DNA from: Basidiobolus meristosporus CBS 931.73
Taxonomy: Eukaryota > Fungi > Basidiobolomycota
DNA length: 64,000 nucleotides
Assembly: GCA_002104905.1 (NCBI GenBank)
Contig: MCFE01000279.1
Span: forward strand, 1 to 64,000
Direction of reading: 5' to 3'
Under the pieces are notes generated by a model. It was given only the letters and a program-made list of their open reading frames with translations, did not search any database and had not been told where the DNA came from. Numbering within the stretch: position 1 is the first letter of the stretch; each line of letters opens with the position of its first letter. The translations under genes were made by a program, and so were the position numbers. Of this stretch, positions 50,150 through 61,584 are shown piece after piece.

Positions 50150-52000
50150 AGCTTGCTGTCCTCTTGGTGTCTACTTTGCCTTGGATCTTCTTCTACCAGG
50201 CTAGAGAAAGACCTTCTGCACTATTGCTCTGCTAAAGTTAAAGATTATTACCTCAGCTAAAAGTACAATGCTCATGAGAATATTGCTGTGAAGAAGAAAG
50301 CCTTGGCTTCAATAGACTCATTCAGTAACTACTCAAGCTAATTATGAAGGAGAGTCTATCATGCTGACATGTAAATATGCCACAAAATATAGTATGTTGG
50401 TGCTATACCACTTTGAAGACAATTGCATAATTTCAGAAATTAGGAGTCCAGATCTGCAGTGAATATTTTGCTATATGTATTCTTATGAGCTCAATTGGCT
50501 TTTAGGCAAGCTTTTAGATAGGATATTATCCTGAATTGCCAAAAGAAATGGATTATAATGGAATGATTGCTGGAGGAAGATTTTACCAAATATGTTCTGC
50601 TCAAAATAAGGCTGAGAATTCAAATACTGGAGCTATCAGCCTCCATTTTGAGCTACCTATTAGTGGTAGAAGATCTCAGAAACAAGCTCCCTGAATTGTA
50701 AGAATCCTAGTGAAGTATAATACATATATATCCACCCAGAGTACAGATATGTGCTACACAATCCAATGGAAGAAAGCTATATTTGTATCAAGTGTTTTAA
50801 TACTGAAAGCAGTGTACCAGGACCCAAATATAGAGCTTTTAGATGTGCTGGCACTCTGCTTAAGTCTCACAACAGTGGGAGAAAGTATTGTACAAATTTA
50901 CCAAAATCAACTCATGAATGTTCTACCACCAGCCAGAGAGAGTGAAGCAAATGATTGCAAGCCTGATTGGAGTATACAATCAAGCCACAGATGGCCAGTA
51001 TACAACTACAACCCATTCAGAAGATAACATAGTACTTTATACTTGCTATACATATATTGCTCATTACCAGGGGAGAAATTACTTGGTGATGTTTGATTCT
51101 CTGGATCAGATCAGAAGAGTTGTGATTGATCAAGTCTCTGCCAAGCTTTGCAACTCAAGAAACCAATTTATTGGGGATTTATACCAAAGTACTGATGAAA
51201 CTAGCTTTCAAATGTTGTCTATTTGATTGAATTTGGTCAACTCTGTCAAAAGTTAAGATTGAACCAAGTGGATGATGATTTTGATTATATGACTCTCAAA
51301 TAGTCATATATTCTGGACCAGTGATATCACAAGGACCTTTATGCTAGAACACACCATGGTACTGCCTGTAAGGAAGTCCAGACCCATCCCACATGAGAAA
51401 TTTCCCTTGGATCATCAGCAGAAAAAGAAGAAAAATGGGAAAGTACTACTACTTCAAGTTAGGGTACTTCCTAAATGGAGCTAATACCTATGTAGGCTAT
51501 ATTTGGACTATCTAGCAATGCATATATGCTCCATGGAGCCCCTTGTACAACGTTCTTATGGCAGAAACCCCACAAGAGCCTTGAAATCTGATCAGAATCT
51601 ATGAGATATTGTGGTATATATTGGAGCAGATTATTTAAAGCAGCAGTTTGATGTCTGCTGTCTATGGAGCTGAAATAAAACTGTGTAAGTATCAGCTAAA
51701 TGGCTTTTATGAACTCTAAAGATACTGAGAAGCTTGGTTGGCCTTGCAAACCAAGCTCAAAGATGGAAATAACCATCAGGAGAATAAGGATAATCAAAGC
51801 CCTTGTCAAGGAGAATCTTGCTTCTAGAAAAGCACCAATATCTACTCTATTTGTGTATTCTGATAAGACAAAAGCAGCTGTATCAGTCCAAGTCAGTAGA
51901 AGAGCTTTAAAAGTAGCTACCAAAACAACCTATGGTACATTCTGATACCAATCTAGGTAAAACAAGAAGCAGATGGACCTTGAATCTGCTATAAATGAAG
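50150..52000 (+). pseudogene. Decayed coding-like repeat, possibly a MULE-type transposase remnant
   Basis: CpG-depleted with frameshifted peptides. TDGQYT......VLYTCY loosely resembles the first catalytic D region of MULE transposases (DGT...QLYT). Cys-rich N-terminal pieces. Weak. Confidence 0.25.
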
Positions 52001-52733
52001 TAATCAGTCCAAAGAAAGTTACTGCTACCTAAGGAAGTCATAGATGACCACTTTATATGATTTTTTGTGGAACTGAATCACTAAACACACGTGGTTCAAG
52101 TGGGAGTAGGCCATCACAGCGCAGAGTAGAGCAAAAACCTTTTTTTGGCCATGTGGTATGTCCCACAGTGCCAGGGAATGATGATAATACAGATCTGGCG
52201 TAAATGACAAAACCTCAACTTGGCCCAGTATAGGTCATTTATTTTACTTCATATAGAGTCTATATGATGGAAGTAACTGTCCCTGAGCCTAATATGAGCA
52301 TACAGTGGAGTTATCTAAATGAATTAGACTTTTGCCTGGAAATAGGGAAACTCCAGATCTGCAGTAAATGATAAATCCTTAACTTGAACAAAAGTGGATC
52401 AATTTTGCTGAAATAAGAAGCATTGAATAGCCCAGCAACTATTCATCATTATCACAATCTGACAATTAGACCTAGCTCATCACTGAAGCCCTTTCAACTG
52501 ATCAAAGATGATGATTAGTATTTTGATCAGATCATTTTGATTGTTAGCCCAAATTGAGTAGAAGTGCTTGTTAAGTTGCAAGTTACTTGTTCAATTAAGT
52601 TGAACACAAATGCATATACTGTTGGATATTATATTAGTCAAGTATGCATCACATTTAATTTCTTGTATGCTTATTACTGATTGCACACTCTCAATAGGTA
52701 TTTATTACTTATGGATATTATGTTGGTTAGGAG

Positions 52734-53081
52734 TGTGATGATTATTAAGTTGTCACCTAAATATTCATGCTAACTTAGTCATATGGATCTTATTTTTTGA
52801 TTAGCATTCTGTCCAGACCAATTTTGTATTGGGATTTACTTGGAATATTTTCACCAAATTATCAGGTATCCATATTATGATCTTTCTCAAAGTTGCACAA
52901 AAGCCCCCAAACTTTGTACACATATTCTTGGAACCTTCCTTAATAGACTCTACATGTTTTTTTGCTCTACTGCATCAAAAGTATAAATACCATACTTTTG
53001 ATCAATAAATCTACAAGTGAGTAACATGTAAATCCTCTAGTTCTCAACATCACTTCTAATACTCCACAGAATATTCTAACA
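52734..53081 (+). repeat. Diverged Copia-type LTR related to 55705-56054
   Basis: TG...CA, preceded by the purine-rich ggttaggag. Shares ttgggatttact, caaactttg.acaca..ttcttgg.accttcc and aaaagtataaatac blocks. Confidence 0.6.
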
Positions 53082-53619
53082 GTATATAGCTGGGTTTGGC
53101 TATAAAGGCAACCAAGTTAGTTTGCTATGCAGGCTAGGCTTGGTGTTCTTGGGAGTGCTAGATATACTAGGCTTGGGTAGAAACTAGAACATAATTGTTG
53201 AATACTTGATTTTGCTGAGGCACAATCTTAATTTTGTTGAGACACACACTAAATCAAAAGGTTCAGTAAGCTTTATTTATACTTTTCTGATCAAGTTAGA
53301 CTAGTGAGATTCAAGAGATTGGTTTAATTGAAATCAGTTTGAGTGTTCAAAGGTGCATAAGATATATGAGAAATGCATCATAAATCATCTTATGTCTTAG
53401 CAACTGCTTAGTGGTTGGGTAGATCCCAGATGACTAATCACTTGGATAGGCTTAACAGATCAATTGAGGACATAATGGCCACATCAAGATTGACCATGGG
53501 TACCAGTCAAAGTAGATTCTGAGAAGTGATTGAATAAACTAAAACTGGCATTAGGTATGTTTGGGTCAGGGGAAATCAGTTAGGGTACTAGATTCTCTGA
53601 CAGAGTAGAGTTACCTAAG

Positions 53620-55704
53620 TTTGAAATGTTGGTACACAACACTACTCCTAGATTGGACAACTTGAACTTCTTAGAAGGGCTGAATTTGATCCCTTCTAAG
53701 GTTTCTTGGTTTTTGGTAACTATAATAAGATCCTCTGCATACAGAGCTAATAGAGTTGGACATGCTCAATCTGGCTTAAAGTAGATACTATAGTCAGCAG
53801 AACCCCTGTGAATACTGAAAGATTCCAAATACAAATCTATTTACAATTTCAGGCTCTTAGTGATTGATGGAAACCACATGCAGATTTTTTAAGCCTTCAT
53901 ACTTTTTAAGCTTGCAGACCAAATGGGGGTTATCTTGGGCAATAGGCCCATCAGGCTTGCTCATGTACATCTCCTCATCTAGTTCCCCATTCAAGAATAC
54001 ACCTATACATCCATTTGATTTACAACAAGCTTAGCAATAGCCAATATTAATCTGGTGGAGTTAAACTTGGCTACTAGTGCAAAGGTCTCATTGTTATCAA
54101 GTCCTTTTTTTTTGAGAGTATTGTTGGGCCACAAGACTTGCTTAGCATTTCTCAGCTGTACCCTCTGCCTTGTATTTGACTTAAAGTCCAATCTGCACCC
54201 AATCAATTTCTTGGTTGATTGGTAATTTGACTATGTCCCAAGTTTGATTTTCCATCAAGGCATGCTTCTCCTCAATCATTGCAGATCTCCAATACTTTAT
54301 CTGAGAGCTATTTTGGGCCTCTTTGACAGTCTGGGGCTTGTCAGTATGGACCAAATGGGCAAATGCTAGGTTTGAACCCTCATTGATATTGTAATCTGTG
54401 CCATTCTGGTCTGGTTGGATCTCCTGGTTAGTGATACTAGAGTGATCACTTTTGGGTTATTCCTGGGCACTGATTCAGGCAGAATTACAGTTGAAGAGTT
54501 CTCTGGAGGGAAAAAACTACAGTGTTCTGCTCTTATTCAATTTTGACCATTGGTGGACTTGAGATCACATTTTCATCATCAACCCATGTCAGTTTTTTTT
54601 GCAAAGCTTGAACTGTCATCAAACAGCACATTCTTGACCTTGATCAGCTGCTTTGCTCTGGTATTGCAGAATTTGTGTGCCTTACTCACATTATAGTAGC
54701 CAAAAATATGCATTTTACACATTTTGGCTCAAATTTTGACTACATTCTGGGCAGTTCTGGCCATGTGCAGTGCACCTAGATACCCTTAGATGTTCTACAC
54801 TTTGTTCATCCATACCATGCCTTAAATGGAATAGAATCATGAAGAGTTCTGCTATTACTCCTATTCTTAAGGAATACAGCTGTGGCAACTGATTTTGCCT
54901 AAAATTTGTAGAATATCTTTTGATCATGGATCATAGATCTTGCCATATCAATTATTAATCCATCTGCATGATCTGCCATTGCATTTTGCTGTGGGGACTA
55001 TGTCACAGTAGTCTCTTACTTTATCCCACAAATCTTGCAGAAGCAGATGAAGAGTTTTGAGGTATATCCTTCTCCATTGCCAGAGTTTATTTTCTTAATT
55101 TTTTCACTAGTTTCTCTCTCCAACATGGCCTCAAGCTCCCTGAGCTTAGACAGAGCTTCTTCAGTTCTTTCCTTGAAGTAAACCAATGTGTATCTTGTAT
55201 AGTCATTAATAAAAGTGATCAATTTCTTCATCCCGCCAAATGATAAATTTTGCACATGTCCACACAGATCTGAGCTCACTAGATCTAAATTTGTCTTTGT
55301 TTGATTAACCAAGAGCTCTCAAATGATTTTATGGCTTTTTTCCATATATACAGGCTTCACAGTGCTCCAAATTAGCTGGGAGACCAGCTTTACTCCGGAA
55401 ATTAGCTGATCTTTCATTATTTTGCACCAATAATCAAAATTGGTGCGTCAAAATACCTGTGCCAAAGCACTTGTGTTTTTTTGTGTAAGTTACTTTCATT
55501 AGCTTCTAAATATGATGGAATTTAAGTCAGCTTATATAGATTTTGATCTCTGATACCTGAAGCAATATGAGCACTATTTAGATCAGTGACCCTGTACCCA
55601 GAATTGACCAAGTGGGCACAGAGTCCTTCTGCTATGGCTTTACTTATAGACAGTAGGTTTGTGGCTATATCTGGTACTTAGAGTACTTCTTTGAAGGTAA
55701 GTAT
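53620..55704 (-). mobile_element. Copia copy D, internal part (GAG-pre-integrase, integrase, RT start)
   Basis: Minus peptides LDLV.SDLCG, ITFINDYTRYT.VYF, ETFALVAKFNS.RLILAIA. Inverted homolog of 57.1-59.1 kb. Confidence 0.85.
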
Positions 55705-58700
55705 TGTTGTAAAAATTTGTAATTCCACCTGAATACTTGCCAAACTTAGTCACTTAGATCATTACCTTCAAATCATAGGGAATACTGACCAAATCACTTG
55801 TTGGGATTTACTTAGAATAGTCTCACCAAGATATCAGATACCCAGAACATGAAAATTCTCAAAGCTGTCCAAACAGCCCCAAACTTTGCACACATGTTCT
55901 TGGGACCTTCCTTAACCTATTCTACATGTTTGTAATGCTAAGACCAGGTAAAAGTATAAATACTACTTTTACATTCAATAAATCATTAAGTGAAAACCAC
56001 ATAATCTACTTGTTCTCCCAATTCACTTCCAATATCTCCAATACTCTTACAACAGGCTATGAGCCTCAAGCTGTCACTCTCTGCAATGTCTACTACTGTT
56101 ATTACTGGAATTTTTCCCACTGCTGAAAAGTTGGACAGATCTAACTACCAAGTGTGAAAGGTGAAGATGAAGATGCCACTGCAAGAAAGAGGCCTTTGCA
56201 ATATTGTCATGGGAGTAGAATGTCCTCCTCAAAATGTGGGAGAGTAAGCCATAAAGTACCAGAAGAAAGAACAAAGTGCCTTCATCTGCATTTGCCTTAA
56301 TGTTGAAGATAAATTGCTAACTCAATGCGCAAGAGAATAAATTGCAAAGAGTCCCAGGAAGGCATTAGAAGACACCCACCAGTCATGTTCAGCTGCTAAG
56401 AGAATGCATCCTAGACAAAAAATCTTCACTACAAAGATGCTGCCAGGAGAAGAAATGAAAAATCTAATTCCAGAATTACCCTGCTGGTGGATGAGATGGA
56501 GTCTGTGAGCATACCAACTACTGAAGGGGATGTAATAGTAACCATCCTGAATAGCCTGACAGACAGGTTTCAGGGCCTTGTATCAGCCCTAGAGTCCAGA
56601 GCTGAAGATTAGACCTTAAATAATATATATGGAAGGCTCCTGGGTGAAGAATCAAGAAAATCAAGCACCAATCAGAACAAAGAGAAAATGCTTTAATAAG
56701 CAACAATAATTAATAAAGGAGGTACCCAAGACCTTACAAATCAACAGCAATCCACTTTGCAACTACTTTAAAAGGAAAGGGCACACATCAGACCAGTGTT
56801 TCAAAAAGAGAGATAATCAGCAAAAAAGCCTGAGTATGGAAATGCTGCAACAACTGAAGATAGACTATTTATATCTGCACTAAATATGACCACAAACTAG
56901 GATTCTCAGATGTGGTACATTGACTCAGGAGCATCTCAACACTTTACACACCAAAAAGTACTTTTTACCCAATACCAAGAAATACTATTAAGAAGGTTTC
57001 ATGGGTGATGATAGAACACTTTGATACAGTGGGAGAAGGAACTATCCAAGTAAGCCTTAGAAGCAGTGAAGGAAGCCATACACTGACCTTTAAAGTAGTA
57101 CTCTATATACCAGAGATAGCCAAGAACCTACTATCTATAAGTAAGGACACAGCAGAAGGACTCAGTCTCAGCTTTAACAAATCTGGATGCAGGATCACTG
57201 ATCAAAATGGTGCCCATATTGCTTCAGGTATCAGAGATCAGAATCTTTACAAGTAGACTTATATCACATCATATCTGGAAGCCAATATAAGAAATTGAAT
57301 GAAGAAACACCAATGCTTTGGCACAGGAGATTTGGGCACATCAATTTTGATTATTTGTGCAAAATGATCAAAGATCAGCTAATTTCTGGAGTAAAAATTG
57401 CTCCCCCAGCTTATTTGGAGCACTGTAAAGCCTACATATATGGGAAACAGACCATACCACCACTCAAGAGCTCTGGGTTAATCAATACTAAGAAAAAATT
57501 AGATCTAATTCACTCAGATCTGTGTGGACCTATGCAAAGTTTATCCTTAGCCAAGATGAAGTACTTAATCACTTTTATTGATGATTATACAAGATACATG
57601 TGGATCTACTTCATGGAGAGAAAGGAAGAAGCTCTGTATAAGCTCAGGGAGCTGAAAGCCATGGTGGATAGAGAAACTGGTGAAAAAATCAAGAAAATAT
57701 GCTCTAAAAATGGTGGAGAGTATACCTCAAAACTCTTCATCCACTTCTGCATATTCATAAGATAAAGCAAGAGACTGCTGTACCATACTCCCCACAGCAA
57801 AATGGAGTAGCAGAATGTGAAACAGATCAATAATTGATACGGCCTGATCTGTGATCCTTGATCAAGAATTATCCTATGATTTTTGGGTGAAATCAGTTGC
57901 AACAGCTGTACACCTTAAAAATAGGAGTTATAACAGATTACTTGTGTATACAGCATATGCCAAGAAACTGCCTGGAAATCAGTTAAATTTTGAACCTATA
58001 AGCGTAAATTCCATATATTTGGGCTATTGCAGTGAGAGTAAAGCATACAGACTCTACAATACCAAAGCAAAGAAGCTAATTAAGTCCTATGATGTGCTGT
58101 TTGATGAAAACTCAAAATTCTTACAAAAAACAACATCAGATGATGATGAAAATCTGATATCAAGTCCACCAGTTGTCAGAATTGAATTAGAGCAAAACAA
58201 TGAAAGTTTTTTCACTCCAGAGGACTCTACAACCATGGTTCAGCCTGAATCAGTGCCTAGGAGTATCCTAGAAGTGAATATTCCAGTATCAGATTCCTGG
58301 AGAACCAACTGGACAAGAAATAGCCCAAATTACTATATCAATGAAGGTACAAGCTTAGCCTATGCCTATTCAGTCCATATTGATGAGCCCCAGACTGTAA
58401 AAGAGGCCCTAAATAGCCCTCAGACAAAGTTTTGGAGATCTGAAATGACTGAGGAATATCAGGCCCTGATGGAAAATCAAACTTGGGACTTGATCAAATT
58501 ACCAATCAGCCAGAAGTCAATTGGATGCTGATGGTTCTTCAAAACAAAATATAAGGCTGATGATACAATTGAAAGATAAAAGGTAACTCTTGTGGCCAAA
58601 GAGTACTCTTGAACAAAAGGACTTGACTATACTGAGACCTTTGCACTGGTAGCCAAGTTTGATTACATCAGATTGATATTGGCTATTGCAGCCAAATACA

Positions 58701-60310
58701 AGCTTTTTATACATCAAATGGATGTAGAAACTGCTTTTTTGAATGGAGAACTGGATGAGGATGTGTATGGACCAACCTGATGGGTTTGGTGACCAAGATA
58801 ACCCTGATTTGGTCTGCAAGCTTAAAAAATATATACATGGTCTTAAACAATCACCAAGAGCCTGGAATTACACAATGGATTCATACTTGGATTTTTTAAG
58901 TTTCAAAAGGAGTAATGCTGACTATGATATATACAATAAGCCAGGTAGAGCAAATCCAGCTCTCTTAGCTCTATATGTGGATGACCCTATTATGGCCACC
59001 AATAATCTAGCAACATTGGAAGATACTAAATCCAGCCTATCCAACAAGTTCAAGATGTCCAATCTAGGAGAACTCAGTTACTACTTAGGAATAAAGCTCT
59101 CCATAGACAGAAGTACCCAGACTATTACCCTAAGCCAATCCAAGTATATTCCAGATATACTAAAGAAGTACCAAATGGAAGACTGTAAACCAGCAGCTAC
59201 CCCAGTGGTGACAAACCTTAACTTGGTCAAAACTCAACCAAATCAAGAGAGCTTAGTGCCATCTGAAAGCCCTGCCATTCCTTATCAATCTATGGTTGGT
59301 AGTCTAATGTATATCATGCTTGGAACATGTCCAGATATCTCATATTTGGTGGGAGTTGTCAGCCAACATAATCAGAACTATGGATCTGATCATATTGCAG
59401 CAGTTGAGCAAATTTTTAGATAGATAAGGAACTGCTGATATCTGCTTAAGATACATTTATAAGGATTCAGAACAGGATCTTTTGGGATACTCTGATGCTA
59501 ATTGGGGACAAAGTTTGGAAGACAGATGATCCACCACAGGATACACCTTTCTTTACTGTAAAGGAGCAATATAATGGAATTCAAGAAAGCAACCAACCGT
59601 AGCACTTTCCACCATGGAGGCAGAGTATATGGCAGCCTGTGAAGCTAGAAAAGAAGCAATATGCTTAAGAGAGCTTTTTACAGATTTAGGCCTATGTCAA
59701 AAAACACCTATTAATTTATTTCAAGATAATCAAGGATGTATATGATTAGGTAGAAATCCAACTTTTAATACTAGAACTAAGCACAAAAGTATTAGACATC
59801 ATTTCATACGTGAAGCTATGAAGAATAAATAGGTAGCTTAGTTTACTGCCCTTCAGATGAAACAATTGCCGACATATTTATCAAATCATTGGCTAGAGAC
59901 TAGCTTGAGTATCTTAAGTCAAAATTAGGACTGTAAGTATGAGCATTTAGCTGAGTGGGAGTGTTGTAAAAATTAGTAATTCCACCTAAATATTCACCTA
60001 ACTTAGTCAATTATATCATTACCCTCAAATCCTAGAGAATACTGACCAAATTCCTTGTTGGGATTTACTTAGAATTTTTTCACCAAAATACCAGGTACCC
60101 AGAACATGAAATTTCTTAAAGTTATCCAAACAGTCCTAAACTTTGCACACATGTTCTTGGGACCTTCTTTAGCCTATTATATGTGCTTGTAATGGCAAGA
60201 CCAGGTAAAAGTTTAAATACTACTTTTACATTCAATTAATCATTAAGTGAAAACCACATAATCTACTTGTTCTCCCAATCACTTCCAATATCTCCAAGAC
60301 TCTTAAAAAA
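55705..60310 (+). mobile_element. Ty1/Copia copy C, near full length (4.6 kb), decayed
   Basis: LTRs at 55705-56054 and 59962-60310. Gag start MSTTVITGIFPTAEKLDRSNYQV at ~56078, protease WYIDSGASQHFT, LWHRRFGHIN, integrase, RT (ALYVDD), RNaseH (YSDANWG, RTKH...RHHFIRE). Order PR-IN-RT. Many stops. Confidence 0.93.
56055..56067 (+). promoter_or_regulatory. Copia PBS of the GGTTATG(A/G)GCCC type (tRNA-iMet half-molecule priming)
   Basis: ggctatgagcctc immediately follows the 5' LTR. The antisense copy at 60389-60401 reads ggttataagcccc. Resembles the internal-tRNA PBS of copia-type elements. Confidence 0.65.
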
Positions 60311-60747
60311 GTTAGATCCATCCAACTTTTCAGCAGAGGAAAAGATACTAGTAACAGCACTAGTAGGCATAGCAGAGAGTGACAGCTTGGGGCTTATAAC
60401 CTCTTGTGAGAGTCTTGGATATTTGAAAGTGATTGGGAGAACAAGTAGATTATGTGGTTTTCACTTAATGATTAATTGAATGTAAAAGTAGTATTTATAC
60501 TTTTACGTGATCTTGGCACTGCAAGCTCATAGAATATGACTAGAGGAGCCCCTAGAACCTCTGTGCAAAAGCTAGGGCTGTTTGGACAGCTTCATGATAT
60601 TTTATGCCCTGGGTACCTGGTATTTTGGTGAAAAAATTCTAAGTAAATCCCAACAAGGAATTTGGTCAGTATTCTCTCAGATTGTGGATAATCATCCAAG
60701 GAACTAAGTTAAATGAATGTTTGGATGTAATTACAAAATTTACAACA
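60311..60747 (-). mobile_element. Copia copy D 5' end (LTR 60402-60747, PBS, gag start)
   Basis: Reverse complement matches 55705-56140. Stops exactly at the end of the copy C 3' LTR. Confidence 0.85.
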
Positions 60748-61516
60748 AAGAGAAGGTAGTCTATTTACAGACCAGAGGCAGCTTTGAAAAAGGTAAGGTA
60801 GACAACTAGGGATGGCAATCTCAGGATTTTAAGGAGTACTGGAGGTGACTTGGAGAACTTACATGATATCAATATAGCATAGTGAGTTCACAAAGGGTAT
60901 GCACAGTGATATTAGTTTTATATAGCTTCCCTTGGATAGATGTTCCAAATGTCAACAAAAAATTTGGGCAGGAAATGAAAAAGTCCATATACTATGCTAT
61001 AATTGGCTAATTTAATGTGAATACCCTGGTGTAAATACAAATTTTACAGCACAAATAACATGAAGAAAATTTCTATTGAGACTTTTGATGAGGGAAATAT
61101 CCTAGAAAGCAACGTACAAGATTGAAGGGCATCCAAGAGCTTTATGGTCCCAAATAATGCTCATTTGTAAGGCGATGCTCCAGACAGGGCTGACTACACT
61201 GCCGCATGAGATATGTAGATATATATGTTATACTTTTTGCTTATCAGAATGGATTCAGCTGCCATGCCGACAGCCTTGGAGCAGTACGAAAACCTCCACG
61301 CCCCCCCGCACACATTTTGAAATGGTGGACCTGGCTCACGTGTATATGCAGCCAGCATCTTGAGTTTCTAGTCGAGTATATGCGTAGTGTAAAGCAAGTA
61401 TTATGCTCATCGCTCGTGGTACATATCGACCGCACGGCACATGAATCAAGGCGAAGCTAACACTTCTGACACCCTACTGTGCGTAATTCCACCACCTGTG
61501 ATCCAGATCTTGACGG

Positions 61517-61523
61517 TATAAAA
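61517..61523 (+). promoter_or_regulatory. Possible TATA box of KEX2
   Basis: TATAAAA about 65 bp upstream of the likely ATG (61585). Motif only. Confidence 0.35.
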
Positions 61524-61584
61524 TTCGCGAGTGTATATGTGTCGTTGTTCACAAGTGGTAATTCTGGGACTGGTACTATTGTCC

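Noticed and set aside
61157-61460. Short ORFs upstream of KEX2
   Set aside because: No motifs, overlapping on both strands; probably promoter or intergenic DNA.
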